NCBI RefSeq assembly: GCF_001194135.2
Contig: NC_069000.1
Coordinates: 35,490,690 to 35,554,689 of the forward strand
DNA from: Octopus bimaculoides
Lineage: Eukaryota
Direction of reading: 5' to 3'
DNA: 64,000 bases
Under the pieces are notes generated by a model, which searched no databases, was not told the DNA's origin, and saw only the letters and a program-made list of their open reading frames with translations. Of this stretch, positions 26,235 to 36,689 are shown in pieces; position 1 is the first letter of the stretch, and the number at the start of each line of letters is the position of its first letter. Position numbers and translations under genes: made by a program.

Positions 26235-28401
26235 GTTAAAGACCTCCTTTGGTCATGAATGACCATGGGATTACACCTAGAAAATTGTCTTCTGAGGTCC
26301 AAGCAAGGTTGTTTATGGAAGACCAGCAGTCACCCATGCATACCAGCCTCCCTTCTCCATGCACCTGATGTTATTTAAGGGAAAGGCAAAGGCCGATACA
26401 GCTTGGCACCAGTGATGCTGCAACTCATTTCTACAGGTGGAGCAATGTGAAATAAAGTCGTCTTGCTCAAGAACACAACACACTGCTCAGTAGCCTGGTC
26501 CGAGAATTGTACTCACTATCTCATGATTGTGAGCTCAACAATCTAACTACTAAACCATGCACTTTCACACACACATATATCATCATCGTTTAACATCCGC
26601 TTTTCATGCTGGCATGGGTTGGATAGTTTGACTGAGATCTGGCAAGCTTGTGGGCTGCACCACGTTCCAATCTGATCTGGCAATGTTTCTACAGCTGAAT
26701 GCCCTTCCTAATGCCACCAACTCTGAGAGTGTAGTGAGTGCTTTTTACTTGCCACTGGTACGGGAGCCAGTCAGGCAGCCCTGGCATTGGCCACATTTGG
26801 ATGGTGCATTTTATGTGCCCCTGGCATGTAAGCCAGTCAGGTGGTCCCGGCCACAGCTATGATTTTGATTTTACTTGACTCAACAATCTTCTCAAGCATA
26901 TATCATCAGAACCTTCGAGGGTACTTTTAAATGGGCCGGTCATGCAACACTGGCATCGGCCAAGGCTGCAATCTCGCTTTACTTGCCAGGTCTTCTCAAG
27001 CACAGCATATCTCCAAAGGTCTCGGTCACTTGTCATTGCCTCCATGAGCCCCAACATTCGAAGGTCATGCTTCACCATCTCATCCCATTTCTTCTTGGGT
27101 CTACCTCTTCCACAGATAATAATACACTAAGGCCAAATGCATCACAGGGTTAGTTGAAGGGAGAGGTGAAGAATGAAAGAAAAATACGGTGAGAGAAAAA
27201 TGGGAGAGAGAAGTGTTAATGACATGTTATAGGATGGGGAGGAAGGTGAAGAGAAAGAGAGAAATGTTATAGGCATGAAGAGGGGGAATTACATGGTTAA
27301 AAAGTTCATTAAAGAGGTAGAGAGAAAGAGGGAAATATAAGTNNNNNNNNNNNNNNNNNNNNNNNNNNNNNNNNNNNNNNNNNNNNNNNNNNNNNNNNNN
27401 NNNNNNNNNNNNNNNNNNNNNNNNNNNNNNNNNNNNNNNNNNNNNNNNNNNNNNNNNNNNNNNNNNNNNNNNNNNNNNNNNNNNNNNNNNNNNNNNNNNN
27501 NNNNNNNNNNNNNNNNNNNNNNNNNNNNNNNNNNNNNNNNCATCCGCAGGGGCCTACCTCACCATGCGTATCGGTGGACTGCTTCTGGAGGGTTGTATAT
27601 TTGACGGCCGTAACCTGTCTGATAATCAACCAGAATCTCCAACAGTGTGTGCCCTTCCTCCATGTTACATATCCTGGGTTCCAAAGGTACCGTTTCTTTT
27701 CTTATTCATTTTATGTATATTTATTTATTTATTTATTTTCTGTCTCCTTCTCTCTCTCACTCTCTCTATCTGTATTTGTCTATTTCTGCACGTGTGTGTG
27801 TGCATGCATGTGTATGAATGTGTGTGTGTGTGTGTGTCTGTGTGTTTGCTTCTGGTACCAAAAATTTACTATCACCAAAACAGGCTGAACGTCCAGTCAT
27901 TTGTGCCAAATGACCAGCATTCAAACAGTTGCATCCAATTAATTACATGGCACCAGCACCCATACCATTTCTTTTTATGCGGCATCTTGACTTTAGGATT
28001 TCATGGCACCTATTATCTCAGAGCTTTGGAATTTTAATGGTGAGAGTGTAGGGTATGTGTGAAAGGATGAATCTGGCTGGTTTGAGCATAAAACAAGGTG
28101 GAATATATGGACAGATTAAATGCTAAAGGTTTAAAATTAAACTCTTCATACAACTTTGGATGATTTTGTTTGTGTTGTTGGCTTCTTTGTTGTTGTTTTT
28201 ATTTATTTATTTATTTATATATTTTGTTCCCTGCAGAATGTTCCTGAGAAAAGCAACACAGCCGAGCACATCTCTCTACCTCTCTACTACAGTTCCCAGA
28301 GAGACAGGGTGGTCACCTATTTGGATTTACCGTGCATCTCGTCCGATCCGAACCACTGGCTGCAGTGTGGTGCAGCAATCTTTCTCTCGTCCAATACCTA
28401 A
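4158..28401 (+). CDS. DYNC2H1: Cytoplasmic dynein-2 heavy chain, 3' portion of a multi-exon gene (AAA6 and C-terminal domain); the gene begins upstream of the window
   Basis: Eleven exons translate, in order and with consistent splice phases, into motifs recalled from human DYNC2H1: [93 protein letters not shown]. Confidence 0.96.
5604..5965 (+). mobile_element. tRNA-derived SINE (family C)
   Basis: Head gaggcgcaatggcccag..ttagggcag and B-box gtttcgattcc; a near-identical copy lies at 10441-10692. Confidence 0.85.
6250..6720 (-). mobile_element. Possible highly decayed CR1/L2-type LINE 3' fragment
   Basis: Minus-strand [25 protein letters not shown] loosely resembles the CR1 C-terminal RGH..K...RKHFF motif. 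Confidence 0.3.
6762..7140 (-). mobile_element. Two tandem SINE family A-type copies
   Basis: Repeated gtcgattacatcgaccccagtg and gaaaggatgaa...gtcgacctc segments with (TAA)n ends. Confidence 0.8.
7374..7849 (-). mobile_element. Dong/R4-type (restriction-like endonuclease) non-LTR retrotransposon 3' end
   Basis: [25 protein letters not shown]...KVERY (PD..D..K endonuclease) followed by IVGALGT..KNLEKY; (TAA)n tail, with (ATT)n arrays on both sides. Confidence 0.85.
7905..8109 (+). CDS. DYNC2H1: DYNC2H1 exon (phase 0-1): [18 protein letters not shown]...CEQEFP...[18 protein letters not shown]
   Basis: Acceptor atttcag, donor gtaact, 205 nt; CEQEFP and RPDRLQ motifs. Confidence 0.93.
9485..9680 (+). 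mobile_element. RTE-type 3' tail repeat (family D)
   Basis: Ends in atggaaagcggacgttaaacgatgatga. Further copies at about 230-520, 4400-4575, 16490-16975, 24790-25030 (+) and 31930-32082 (-). Confidence 0.75.
10441..10692 (+). mobile_element. SINE family C copy, truncated by a gap
   Basis: Near-identical to 5604-5850. Confidence 0.85.
12096..12470 (-). mobile_element. tRNA-derived SINE (family B, ~380 bp with an internal (CA)n tract)
   Basis: Head aggagtggctgtgtggtaag, B-box gggttcagtccc, tail (gagtaaaa)n. It ends about 54 nt before the acceptor of exon 12525. Confidence 0.88.
12525..12688 (+). CDS. DYNC2H1: DYNC2H1 exon (phase 1-0): [16 protein letters not shown]...[32 protein letters not shown]
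   Basis: Acceptor gaaacag, donor gtaaag, 164 nt; AAA6 motif [13 protein letters not shown]. Confidence 0.95.
13545..14100 (+). mobile_element. ~550-bp interspersed element with a (TAA)n tail (family E)
   Basis: Colinear second copy at about 34300-34820; both copies are flanked by TAA-type arrays. Confidence 0.7.
14127..14252 (+). CDS. DYNC2H1: DYNC2H1 exon (phase 0-0): [42 protein letters not shown]
   Basis: Acceptor ttgtag, donor gtaagt, 126 nt; canonical dynein AAA6 motifs. Confidence 0.96.
14455..14590. repeat. (CAT)n-rich microsatellite
   Basis: Imperfect catcatcat array seen directly. Confidence 0.9.
14711..14821 (+). CDS. DYNC2H1: DYNC2H1 exon (phase 0-0): [37 protein letters not shown]
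   Basis: Acceptor gttttag, donor gtcagt, 111 nt. Confidence 0.95.
14936..15088 (+). CDS. DYNC2H1: DYNC2H1 exon (phase 0-0): [16 protein letters not shown]...[17 protein letters not shown]
   Basis: Acceptor gtttcag, donor gtgagt, 153 nt, following a 114-nt intron. Confidence 0.95.
15644..15720. repeat. 17-bp tandem repeat, about 4.5 copies (aaaggagatacatggtc)
   Basis: Three exact copies at 15661-15711, plus one variant copy before and a partial copy after. Confidence 0.9.
16997..17767. other. Assembly gap predicted to hide a DYNC2H1 exon
   Basis: N-run preceded by ccttcatattttcttcta; phases of the flanking exons are incompatible without an intervening exon. Confidence 0.75.
18029..18111. 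repeat. Perfect 24-bp inverted repeat with a 35-nt spacer
   Basis: ctgcacatactcaatgtatgtgtt (18029-18052) is the exact reverse complement of 18088-18111. Confidence 0.92.
18205..18421. mobile_element. MITE-like element with ~55-bp imperfect terminal inverted repeats
   Basis: Arms 18205-18259 and 18367-18421 (atataggagagttg.ttttg.gggttgaaaatgcac...taaaatgtgtg), with TA-rich flanks. Confidence 0.7.
18876..19300 (+). mobile_element. piggyBac-type MITE remnant (ttaa-cccttttgatacc...) interrupted by a minus-strand family A SINE at ~18966-19180
   Basis: TTAA followed by a CCCTTT end; the inserted SINE motifs are recognisable. Confidence 0.5.
19312..20550 (-). mobile_element. Internally deleted, decayed piggyBac element
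   Basis: Minus strand: acidic N-terminus ([13 protein letters not shown]) and [19 protein letters not shown], joined to [16 protein letters not shown] (one frameshift) and [11 protein letters not shown]. End ccctttcgttag after tcaa at 19312; the other end is degenerate. Confidence 0.75.
20650..21110 (-). mobile_element. Tc1/mariner (maT-like) transposase C-terminal fragment
   Basis: [47 protein letters not shown]...WQQ and [23 protein letters not shown], with frameshifts. Confidence 0.8.
21222..21615 (-). mobile_element. SINE family B, full length
   Basis: Same layout as 12096-12470. Confidence 0.85.
21968..22161 (+). CDS. DYNC2H1: DYNC2H1 exon (phase 1-0): [39 protein letters not shown]...LPNSCQYR
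   Basis: Acceptor cttatag, donor gtaagc, 194 nt; YGGRVD motif. The phase-1 start requires a missing phase 0-1 exon upstream. Confidence 0.93.
22965..23186 (+). CDS. DYNC2H1: DYNC2H1 exon (phase 0-0): [29 protein letters not shown]...LWKKLNQ
   Basis: Acceptor ctttcag, donor gtaagg, 222 nt. Confidence 0.95.
23735..24065 (-). mobile_element. SINE family B
   Basis: Same layout as 12096-12470, with CpG-decayed positions. Confidence 0.85.
24196..24411 (+). CDS. DYNC2H1: DYNC2H1 exon (phase 0-0): [12 protein letters not shown]...[29 protein letters not shown]
   Basis: Acceptor ttttag, donor gtaagt, 216 nt. Confidence 0.95.
25074..25727. other. Assembly gap predicted to hide one or more DYNC2H1 exons
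   Basis: About 80-85 expected residues are not found elsewhere between 24412 and 27540. Confidence 0.6.
25969..26174 (+). mobile_element. SINE family A with an internal deletion
   Basis: Head ggcggcgagctggcagaaacg, tail aataaagaaataag. Confidence 0.85.
26580..27118 (-). mobile_element. RTE-clade LINE 3' end with the family D 3' UTR and (GAT)n tail
   Basis: Minus-strand [40 protein letters not shown] runs directly into the family D UTR, linking family D to RTE LINEs. Confidence 0.8.
27541..27686 (+). CDS. DYNC2H1: DYNC2H1 penultimate exon, 5' part hidden in an N-gap: ..[48 protein letters not shown]
   Basis: Open frame runs from the gap edge to donor gtaccg; matches human ISGLLLEGCSFDG...LPCFMGWIP. 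Confidence 0.9.
28237..28401 (+). CDS. DYNC2H1: DYNC2H1 last coding exon: [54 protein letters not shown]
   Basis: Acceptor ccctgcag, stop TAA; matches the human C-terminus ISLPVY.S.ERDRVV...QWIQCGAALFL. Confidence 0.95.
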   Translation, partial: NVPEKSNTAEHISLPLYYSSQRDRVVTYLDLPCISSDPNHWLQCGAAIFLSSNT

Positions 28402-28806
28402 CGAGAGAAGTAGGAAAGTGGGTATGGATGGTGGGAGGGGGGACTTAAATGAGGTGAGAGAAAGAGTAAGAAAGAGAGAGAGAAAGAGTAAGAAAGAGTA
28501 AGAAAGAGAGAGAGAAAGAGATAAGTGTAGACTGAGGAGAAGAAAATGGAGGAGAGAGAGGGAAGGAGATGGAGTTATTGTAAAAACAAAAATGGACCTT
28601 ATCAACAGAGATTGTATTTAGTAATTTGAGATGCTTATTAATTTGATAGGGTTGTAGTATATATCTAGGGAGAGTGTTGAGATGGGGCTGCAGCTTTTGA
28701 CAGCTTTTCACACATATTGCAGTATACCACACTTCTATATATTGCCGCATCCATCAAAAAACCCCAATATGACATAGATTATGCACAATATTAATATCTA
28801 TATTAG

Positions 28807-29040
28807 GGCGGTGAGCTGGCAGAATCGTTAGCATGCCGTGCGAAATGCTTAGCAGTATTTCATCTACCATTACATTCTGAGTTCAAATTCTGCCAAGGTC
28901 GACTCTGCCTTTCATCTTTTCGGGGTTCGATTAAATAAATACCAGTTATGTACTGGAGTCGATGTAATCGACTTAGTCCCTTTGTCTGTCCTTGTTTGTC
29001 CCCTCTATGTTTAGCCCCCTGTGGGCAATAAAGAAATAAA
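28807..29040 (+). mobile_element. SINE family A
   Basis: Full-length copy with B-box gagttcaaattc. Confidence 0.88.
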
Positions 29041-29049
29041 TATTAATAT

Positions 29050-30600
29050 CTATATCACACTGCACTGCTAAACAATGTTACTTTTGTTGTCACAGTACAT
29101 GACTATATGTTGTTATTAACATCTCAACATACAATGTAACATTTATCTGTGATAGTACCCCACTTTATGTTAACATATCTATCACAGTACCTCATTATGA
29201 GATGTCAGAGGTTTTACAAGACTATGCTATGTTAACATCAATATTACTCAATGCTACAATACAATGTCACATCTTTTGTCACAATACATGACTATATGTT
29301 GATAAATATGTCACAGTATACAATGTTACAATGTAACATCTGTCACACTACTCCATTATACAATGGTAGATGCACTGTAACAGTTCACCTCTAATGCAAT
29401 ATCACATCTATATAATAGTTTCATTTATGTCACAGTTCACAACAATATTGTCACATGCCTTAGAGTTCACCACTATATAACATTACATCTGTGTCACAGC
29501 ATGTAGCATTATAATGTCACAGTAATGCCTTAAAGTATTACATCAGTATCATGTTACACTCCTATACATGTAACATGTATAGGGGTGTATACAGTGGTGT
29601 ATTGTACATGTGCTGTAGTACACTACTATATTGTATCATACCAGTGTCACAGTACATCACTTACAGCACTGTACTGTATCATATTTATGTCATAGTACGT
29701 TACTCTATATCTGTACCGCAATACACCAAGATATAGTATTGCATTTAAATCATAGTACATGACCATATAGTGTCATAGTACACTTCTTTATAACACCTGT
29801 GCCAAAATATACCTCTGTATAGTATATGCAGAATGTCGTTTTCTAGAACCTTTGGTTCCAAAGCCTTACCAGATTAATGGTTTTTCCAAACTAAGTGGGG
29901 ATCACCTCTAAATTAATCATTCATTCATTCGGTTCACATTGTGCCTTGTGGCACTTGAGGCGACAGCAAGATCATTCCACCTTCTAACTCTGAAAGTGTC
30001 CTGGACAGCTTGTTCCTTGTTAACCCTCTGCTTTTAAGATCTGTTATTGTTCTCCGCCACATTTCTTTTTGTCGGCCACGTCTTCTTTTACCTTGTGGAA
30101 CCCATTGCAAAGCGATGCTGACAAGTGAGCTTGGTTTATAGCAGCAAACTCAACCCAGCCATTTCCATCTCCTTGCTCCAATAGTTTCTGTTATTAGTTT
30201 CATGTTAGCCTTGGTATGTAATTGGCTATTCGAGACCTAAATTAAACAAATACTAAAACAATTAAATGAAATACAGGTACCTGTTCATTAGAGTAAATTA
30301 GGGTGGATTATAAGAGGATCCAGACCATTAGTATTCAGTATCACAACTAATTCATAGTAAACTATATAGTGTTACAGTACTCTACAATATCATATCTGTG
30401 TCACAGTACAATACTATATACAATACTATGTTATATCTATGTCACAGTACATTACTCCATAATAGTATCACATCTAAGTTACAGCACACAATTATACAAT
30501 GTCATAGTGAACAATGCTATAGGGTATTGCACCTGAATCACTATATACCACTTCAAATAGTACCACAATCACAGTACACTAATATCATATCTGTATGTCT
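29050..30600. repeat. Degenerate minisatellite built on a TGTCACAGTAC core, split by an insertion at ~29830-30340
   Basis: About 18 variants of (t/a)(g/a)tca(c/t)agtac at irregular spacing of roughly 30-60 nt. Confidence 0.65.
29917..30236 (-). mobile_element. 5'-truncated RTE LINE with an (ATGA)n tail and 9-bp TSD
   Basis: TIGARRWKWLG..ALQWVPQGKRRRGR motif; TSD ctaaattaa at 29908-29916 and 30237-30245. Confidence 0.8.
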
Positions 30601-30889
30601 GTGATATGTTGTTGACTAGTATTAAACAACTAAAGACTACTACCACCACCACCATCATTTATTCACACTATAAAACAATGTTAAATCTCTAATATTTATA
30701 ATCTTGTTGCTGTATTATACCATTTTACTACTGTATCACATTTATTACTGTATTATACTAGTTAATATTTTGTTATTAATATACTTTTTTTGTTAACCAG
30801 TGTTTACTGGTTGGAAACCTCTGAGGATGTATATTTCGTAAGTTTAGGGTTTTTTTTTCTCCTTCTTTACACCACCAATCCGTCCAAAG

Positions 30890-30895
30890 AATAAA
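30890..30895 (+). terminator. Candidate polyadenylation signal for DYNC2H1
   Basis: AATAAA outside a SINE, followed by a T/GT-rich stretch, about 2.5 kb after the stop codon. Weak in AT-rich DNA. Confidence 0.2.
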
Positions 30896-33255
30896 ATATT
30901 TTCAGAAATTAATGTTATTATTTGTTTGTTTCTTTTTAATTTCAAACATTTATCTTTCATTTTTTACTGGTTTCAGCCATGCTGGAGCACCTCTTCAAAG
31001 AATTAACTCCTGTACTTATTTAAACATTTTTTTTTTAGCCTGGTATTTATTTTATAGGTCTCATAAAATTCAAAAGGAAAATGTGTTACAGAGTGATCCA
31101 CACCAACACAGATATTTGCTAGCAGCATAAATGGTATTTGCTGCCACAAGAAGAAGCACTATTGCAGGAAGATTCCAAAATTGTGATTTCAGGTGGCACC
31201 TAACAAAGGTAGTATCTTACACTACAAACTGTAAGTAAGATATATCATATCTGATGGAATATAAAACACACTTTTTCAAGCAAAACAAATCTCAAACAAT
31301 CACTTTGGCTCCTATATGCAAAGTTGGGCCTCCTATAAGCTAATTTTGTTACTAATACTCACTACACTATGGGCTAATTACATGGACCCCAGTGCTCAAC
31401 TGATACTTATTTTATCAATCCCCAAAAGGATGAAAGGCAAAGTTGATCCCAGCAGAATTTGAATTCAGAACATAAAGACGGATGAAACACCACTAAGCAT
31501 TTTGTCCAACATGTTAACAGTTCTGCCAGCTTGTTGCCTTATTTATGCCATCAAATATAGTCAATCTTTATTCAAATTTTCTTAAATTCATAAAACAAAA
31601 CATCATTAAAAATTCAGCATGCATTTTGTTTCTTATTTATAATAACATTTTCACAATAAATGTAATTAGAATTTTACCATATATTTAATAAATTTTCCTT
31701 TACTAAGACCTTATTAGATTGCACGGAATTTAATGTAATCTTAAAAAAAAGTTTGCTACCATAGGCGCAGGAGTGGCTGTGTGGTAAGTAGCTTGCTTAC
31801 CAATCACATGGTTCCGGGCTCAGTCCCACTGCATGGCACCTTGGGCAAGTGTCTTCTACTATAGCCTCGGACCGACCAAAGCCTTGTGAGTGGATTTGGT
31901 AGACGGAAACTGAAAGAAGCCCGTCGTATATCATCATCGTTTAACGTCCGTTTTCCATGCTAGCATGGGTTGGACGATTTGACTGAGGACTGGTGAAACC
32001 GGATGGCAACACCAGGCTCCAATCTAAATTTGGCAGAGTTTCTACAGCTGGATGCCCTTCCTAACGCCAACCACTCAGATAGNNNNNNNNNNNNNNNNNN
32101 NNNNNNNNNNNNNNNNNNNNNNNNNNNNNNNNNNNNNNNNNNNNNNNNNNNNNNNNNNNNNNNNNNNNNNNNNNNNNNNNNNNNNNNNNNNNNNNNNNNN
32201 NNNNNNNNNNNNNNNNNNNNNNNNNNNNNNNNNNNNNNNNNNNNNNNNNNNNNNNNNNNNNNNNNNNNNNNNNNNNNNNNNNNNNNNNNNNNNNNNNNNN
32301 NNNNNNNNNNNNNNNNNNNNNNNNNNNNNNNNNNNNNNNNNNNNNNNNNNNNNNNNNNNNNNNNNNNNNNNNNNNNNNNNNNNNNNNNNNNNNNNNNNNN
32401 NNNNNNNNNNNNNNNNNNNNNNNNNNNNNNNNNNNNNNNNNNNNNNNNNNNNNNNNNNNNNNNNNNNNNNNNNNNNNNNNNNNNNNNNNNNNNNNNNNNN
32501 NNNNNNNNNNNNNNNNNNNNNNNNNNNNNNNNNNNNNNNNNNNNNNNNNNNNNNNNNNNNNNNNNNNNNNNNNNNNNNNNNNNNNNNNNNNNNNNNNNNN
32601 NNNNNNNNNNNNNNNNNNNNNNNNNNNNNNNNNNNNNNNNNNNNNNNNNNNNNNNNNNNNNNNNNNNNNNNNNNNNNNNNNNNNNNNNNNNNNNNNNNNN
32701 NNNNNNNNNNNNNNNNNNNNNNNNNNNNNNNNNNNNNNNNNNNNNNNNNNNNNNNNNNNNNNNNNNNNNNNNNNNNNNNNNNNNNNNNNNNNNNNNNNNN
32801 NNNNNNNNNNNNNNNNNNNNNNNNNNNNNNNNNNNNNNNNNNNNNNNNNNNNNNNNNNNNNNNNNNNNNNNNNNNNNNNNNNNNNNNNNNNNNNNNNNNN
32901 NNNNNNNNNNNNNNNNNNNNNNNNNNNNNNNNNNNNNNNNNNNNNNNNNNNNNNNNNNNNNNNNNNNNNNNNNNNNNNNNNNNNNNNNNNNNNNNNNNNN
33001 GGGAGATAGATAGATAGATAAGCGGCTCAGTTAACGTTTATGATCGCTTTTAGTGTCGTCCGCCTCAATGAATATGAATTACTGGAAACAATCAAACGCA
33101 GGCGTGGGATGGTATAAAAGGTTTATTAAAGAGAATTGAATAACGGTTATTGAAACATTGTTTAAACGAATAATAAATGGCCGTGTGTGCATCTGTATGG
33201 GTACCTATGAATATATATGTGGACGTATGTGACTATATATTTTGTGTGGTGTACC

Positions 33256-33298
<43 letters not shown>

Positions 33299-34299
33299 GT
33301 GTGCATGTGTGTTCATATCTGTGCATATATGTGCATGTGTATCTGTAAATGTGTCGTCGGCGAATGCACGTGTGGACATTTGTGAATATCTGAGGGACTT
33401 TTGTGTGTGGATCTGTGAGTATAGATATTGATGTGCCTATGGTTAATTATGTAAGTGTGTTGGCTTATGAATATATAATATAATATACACAGCACATATA
33501 TACGAATATACATGTCTTTTGGAGTAAGTCTTTTGCGAAGATATGTTTTACTATGTGTCCCTCATCTCTGTAAATTAATCAACGGGGATGTGTGTGTGTG
33601 TGTACGTGCGTGTATGTAAATGTGTGCACAACACACACACACACACTGCATATGTATTTTTGTATATATTTGGGAATAACTATAAATGTTCATTTCTATA
33701 TATGTGTGTGCGTGGTGTATGCGTGTGTATGTGGTGTATAAACACTCACACAAATACCCTCACACACATATATGCTTATGTACGTTTATATATATATATA
33801 TACATATGTACATATCTATCTATATAGACATACACACACACACACACACAGAGAAAGAGAGAGAAATATTAACTAAACATCGACATCTATGTATGTATAC
33901 ATACATTTATGTGCCCAAGTATGTATGTGTGTGTTTGTGCATGTATTATGCATGTATATATGCATGCATGTATATGTATGTGTATATGTTCCTAAGTGTG
34001 CATATTTGTGAGAATACCTGCATGTATATGTATGCATACCTGCGTGTATGTATATACCCATGCTGTTTAGCGTGACATGGTGTATGCACCCATTACAAAC
34101 TGTGTACACGTCTGTATACATATTCAGTATTAAACCAAAAGTGCATTACATCAAACTCTGCTTTTTGCACCTTTTAAAGGAATTTAAAAGATGCGCGGTA
34201 TTACAAATGAATTTTTTTTCTTTGTTCTATTTTTTGACGGTAAAGTAAAAAGATGAAAGCTAATAATAATAATAATAATAATTCCTTATCTTAACTAAT

Positions 34300-34820
34300 T
34301 GGAAGTATTATCATGTACATGTTCTGTCTTACAAATATTCTGCTCAATACTTGTCTTGGCATAAATGATGGGCTACAGCAAATATTCTGCTTAATACCAC
34401 AGATTTGCTTGTCAGTTGTTTGATCTTAACCAGTTGAGCATGTCCCTTAGAGGCTGGCAATATGTGCATCTCTGATCACGTGCAAGAGTAGCGGGGGTAG
34501 GGTGTCATAGCCAAGTGTTGAGAGGGATTGTTCGAATATTTCACATCTGGAAACAAGGGTGATTTGCTCATCATCTTCAAACAGCTCTTATTCAGGAACC
34601 TTTTGAGTGGAATGGGCTACTCGAACCAAAGAAAATTCTAAGTGGACCCCCACCTGCAAAGTCATGCGCTGTTTAACTTGTTACGAGTTCACTATATCGT
34701 GCACATATGGTTGTGATGCATGTGCCTGGTGTACCCCCATCAGACGGTATATTGGACTTCATGTATTTGAACCCCAGTGTCACTTTCATGGCATGTGCCA
34801 CTCTCTCATTCAATAGTAGT
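34300..34820 (+). mobile_element. Family E element, second copy
   Basis: Colinear with 13545-14100. Confidence 0.7.
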
Positions 34821-34849
34821 AGTAAAACTTGATAATAAACAAGAAAGAA

Positions 34850-35450
34850 TCAACAGCAAGTTGGATGCTGGAACGATAAGCCACTCTTATTTCAAAAATA
34901 CCAAGAACACCATACACCCACAAAATTATAGGCCAATAAAGATGCCTATCAACAATCTACCAAACATTCTATCAGTTATCTATAAACGTCTTGTAATACA
35001 CCTGGAAAACAACAATGTTTTGCCAGAAGAACAAAAGAAAACACTTTTCTCTATACACAAGGAGGCAACAAAATACGAAACAGAAACGAATTACACTGAA
35101 TCACTGATTTGAGATGAAAACACAGCAGGAATAGTCAGAGACAAAAATATCTTGAAAACAGAACAGCAAAACATACGGAAGAAGAAATGGATAGAAACAT
35201 CAGTTCATGACCAATTTCCTTCAAGGCTTCACGGAAAAGGAGCGAGTTTCAGTAAAAGTCAACAATGGCTCGAAAGCTCTGGACTAAAAGCAGAAACGGA
35301 AGGATTGATTCTCGCTGCACAAGACCAATGCCTATCCACAAACAACTATAAAAGCAAAATAATGAAAACAGGATCTAACACTAAATGCAGCCAGTAGAAT
35401 GAGACAGTCGACCACATCTCTGACTGTCTAGTCCTTGCCAAATCTAAACA
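34850..35450 (+). mobile_element. Dong/R4-type LINE remnant with large internal deletions
   Basis: NYRPI....HLENNNVLPEEQK (RT start) and WLESSGLKAETEGLILAAQDQCLSTNNYKSKIMKTGSNTKC (zinc-knuckle region). Confidence 0.8.
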
Positions 35451-36689
35451 CACACACATATAGTGGCTTCATGAAGGCATAGCATGGATTCGATCCTCGA
35501 TAGCTAAATTTCACTTAACAGTTCAACAGTACTTTTCTCACGGTAAAACAATAGTTTTTCTGTAAGTGACAGCAGTTACATTTACCAGATGCCTTCGCTA
35601 AGCAGAATAATGTCTTTGCCACTTGACCTTTCTAACCTCTTCTATTTCACCAAAAGCTAGAATAGAGATAACGGATCGCCAACGAAATCTATTGTTCTCA
35701 ACAATATGTCTATCCTTCTGGCTGGTTTTGGATAGTTATAAAAACAAGAACTCCGTAAGCCAAAGTCAGTTAGTGAGAACCGAGTCTAGCTGACCGGCTG
35801 AACAAAATGCCGTCACTAAAGGAAAAGGCACAAAGAGGCATATATGGTAACTCACCAACGAAGCAGTTGTTTCGTCCCACCACTCTCACTTTTATTAAAG
35901 CTTTCTTTTCTCTGTAACATTACCATATCTCTCTCTATATATACTACTATGAGATCGTGTACACACATATACAGGCTGAAATTAACTTTCTTTAAATTGC
36001 ATGCTTTACGAAATGTGTTATATACTATTACACTAGCCTACATGTCGTGGTATATAAATATATATATATATATATATAAATAATTCTCTAACAGTTTTTT
36101 TCAAATGAATCAAGTCATAAACTTATCCATCTATTGTTTTCATNNNNNNNNNNNNNNNNNNNNNNNNNNNNNNNNNNNNNNNNNNNNNNNNNNNNNNNNN
36201 NNNNNNNNNNNNNNNNNNNNNNNNNNNNNNNNNNNNNNNNNNNAATTAATTATTTTGTTTATTTCTCTTTACTATACTATATTACCTGTATACTTACCCA
36301 TATATATATTAATGGTTGTGCCTGTCACTTTCGTGCATATGTGTATGCATTTCATTACTGCTTATGTATGTCGTGCGTTATATGCATATACATTCAATGG
36401 TGTGCATATGTTCGTCTCAGGAAACTCAAACGAAAAATTATTGGACTGGTTTACAAATATCCATTGACCACTAATTCATTCTATTTAGAGGATACGAATA
36501 TTTGCTTTTATTATTTCTTGGAAAGAAAAAAAACAGCTTTTAAGGTTCTTATGCAAATCTGTCGTTACTTAGCCCAGTACATGTATAATAATCGATACAA
36601 ATGAAAATCTGTAGTATGAATATAAGGGCCATGGGTTTCTCGTTAGTTTACCATAAATGTTTTTCCGTTTCCTCGATTTCACATCCATT

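Noticed and set aside
31193-31230. Micro-exon bounded by tttcag and gtaagt
   Set aside because: It lies beyond the dynein stop, has no recognisable coding content and has no partner exon.
33112-33120. TATAAAAG box at the start of the CpG-richer region
   Set aside because: No downstream exon or ORF was found, and the motif is common in AT-rich DNA.
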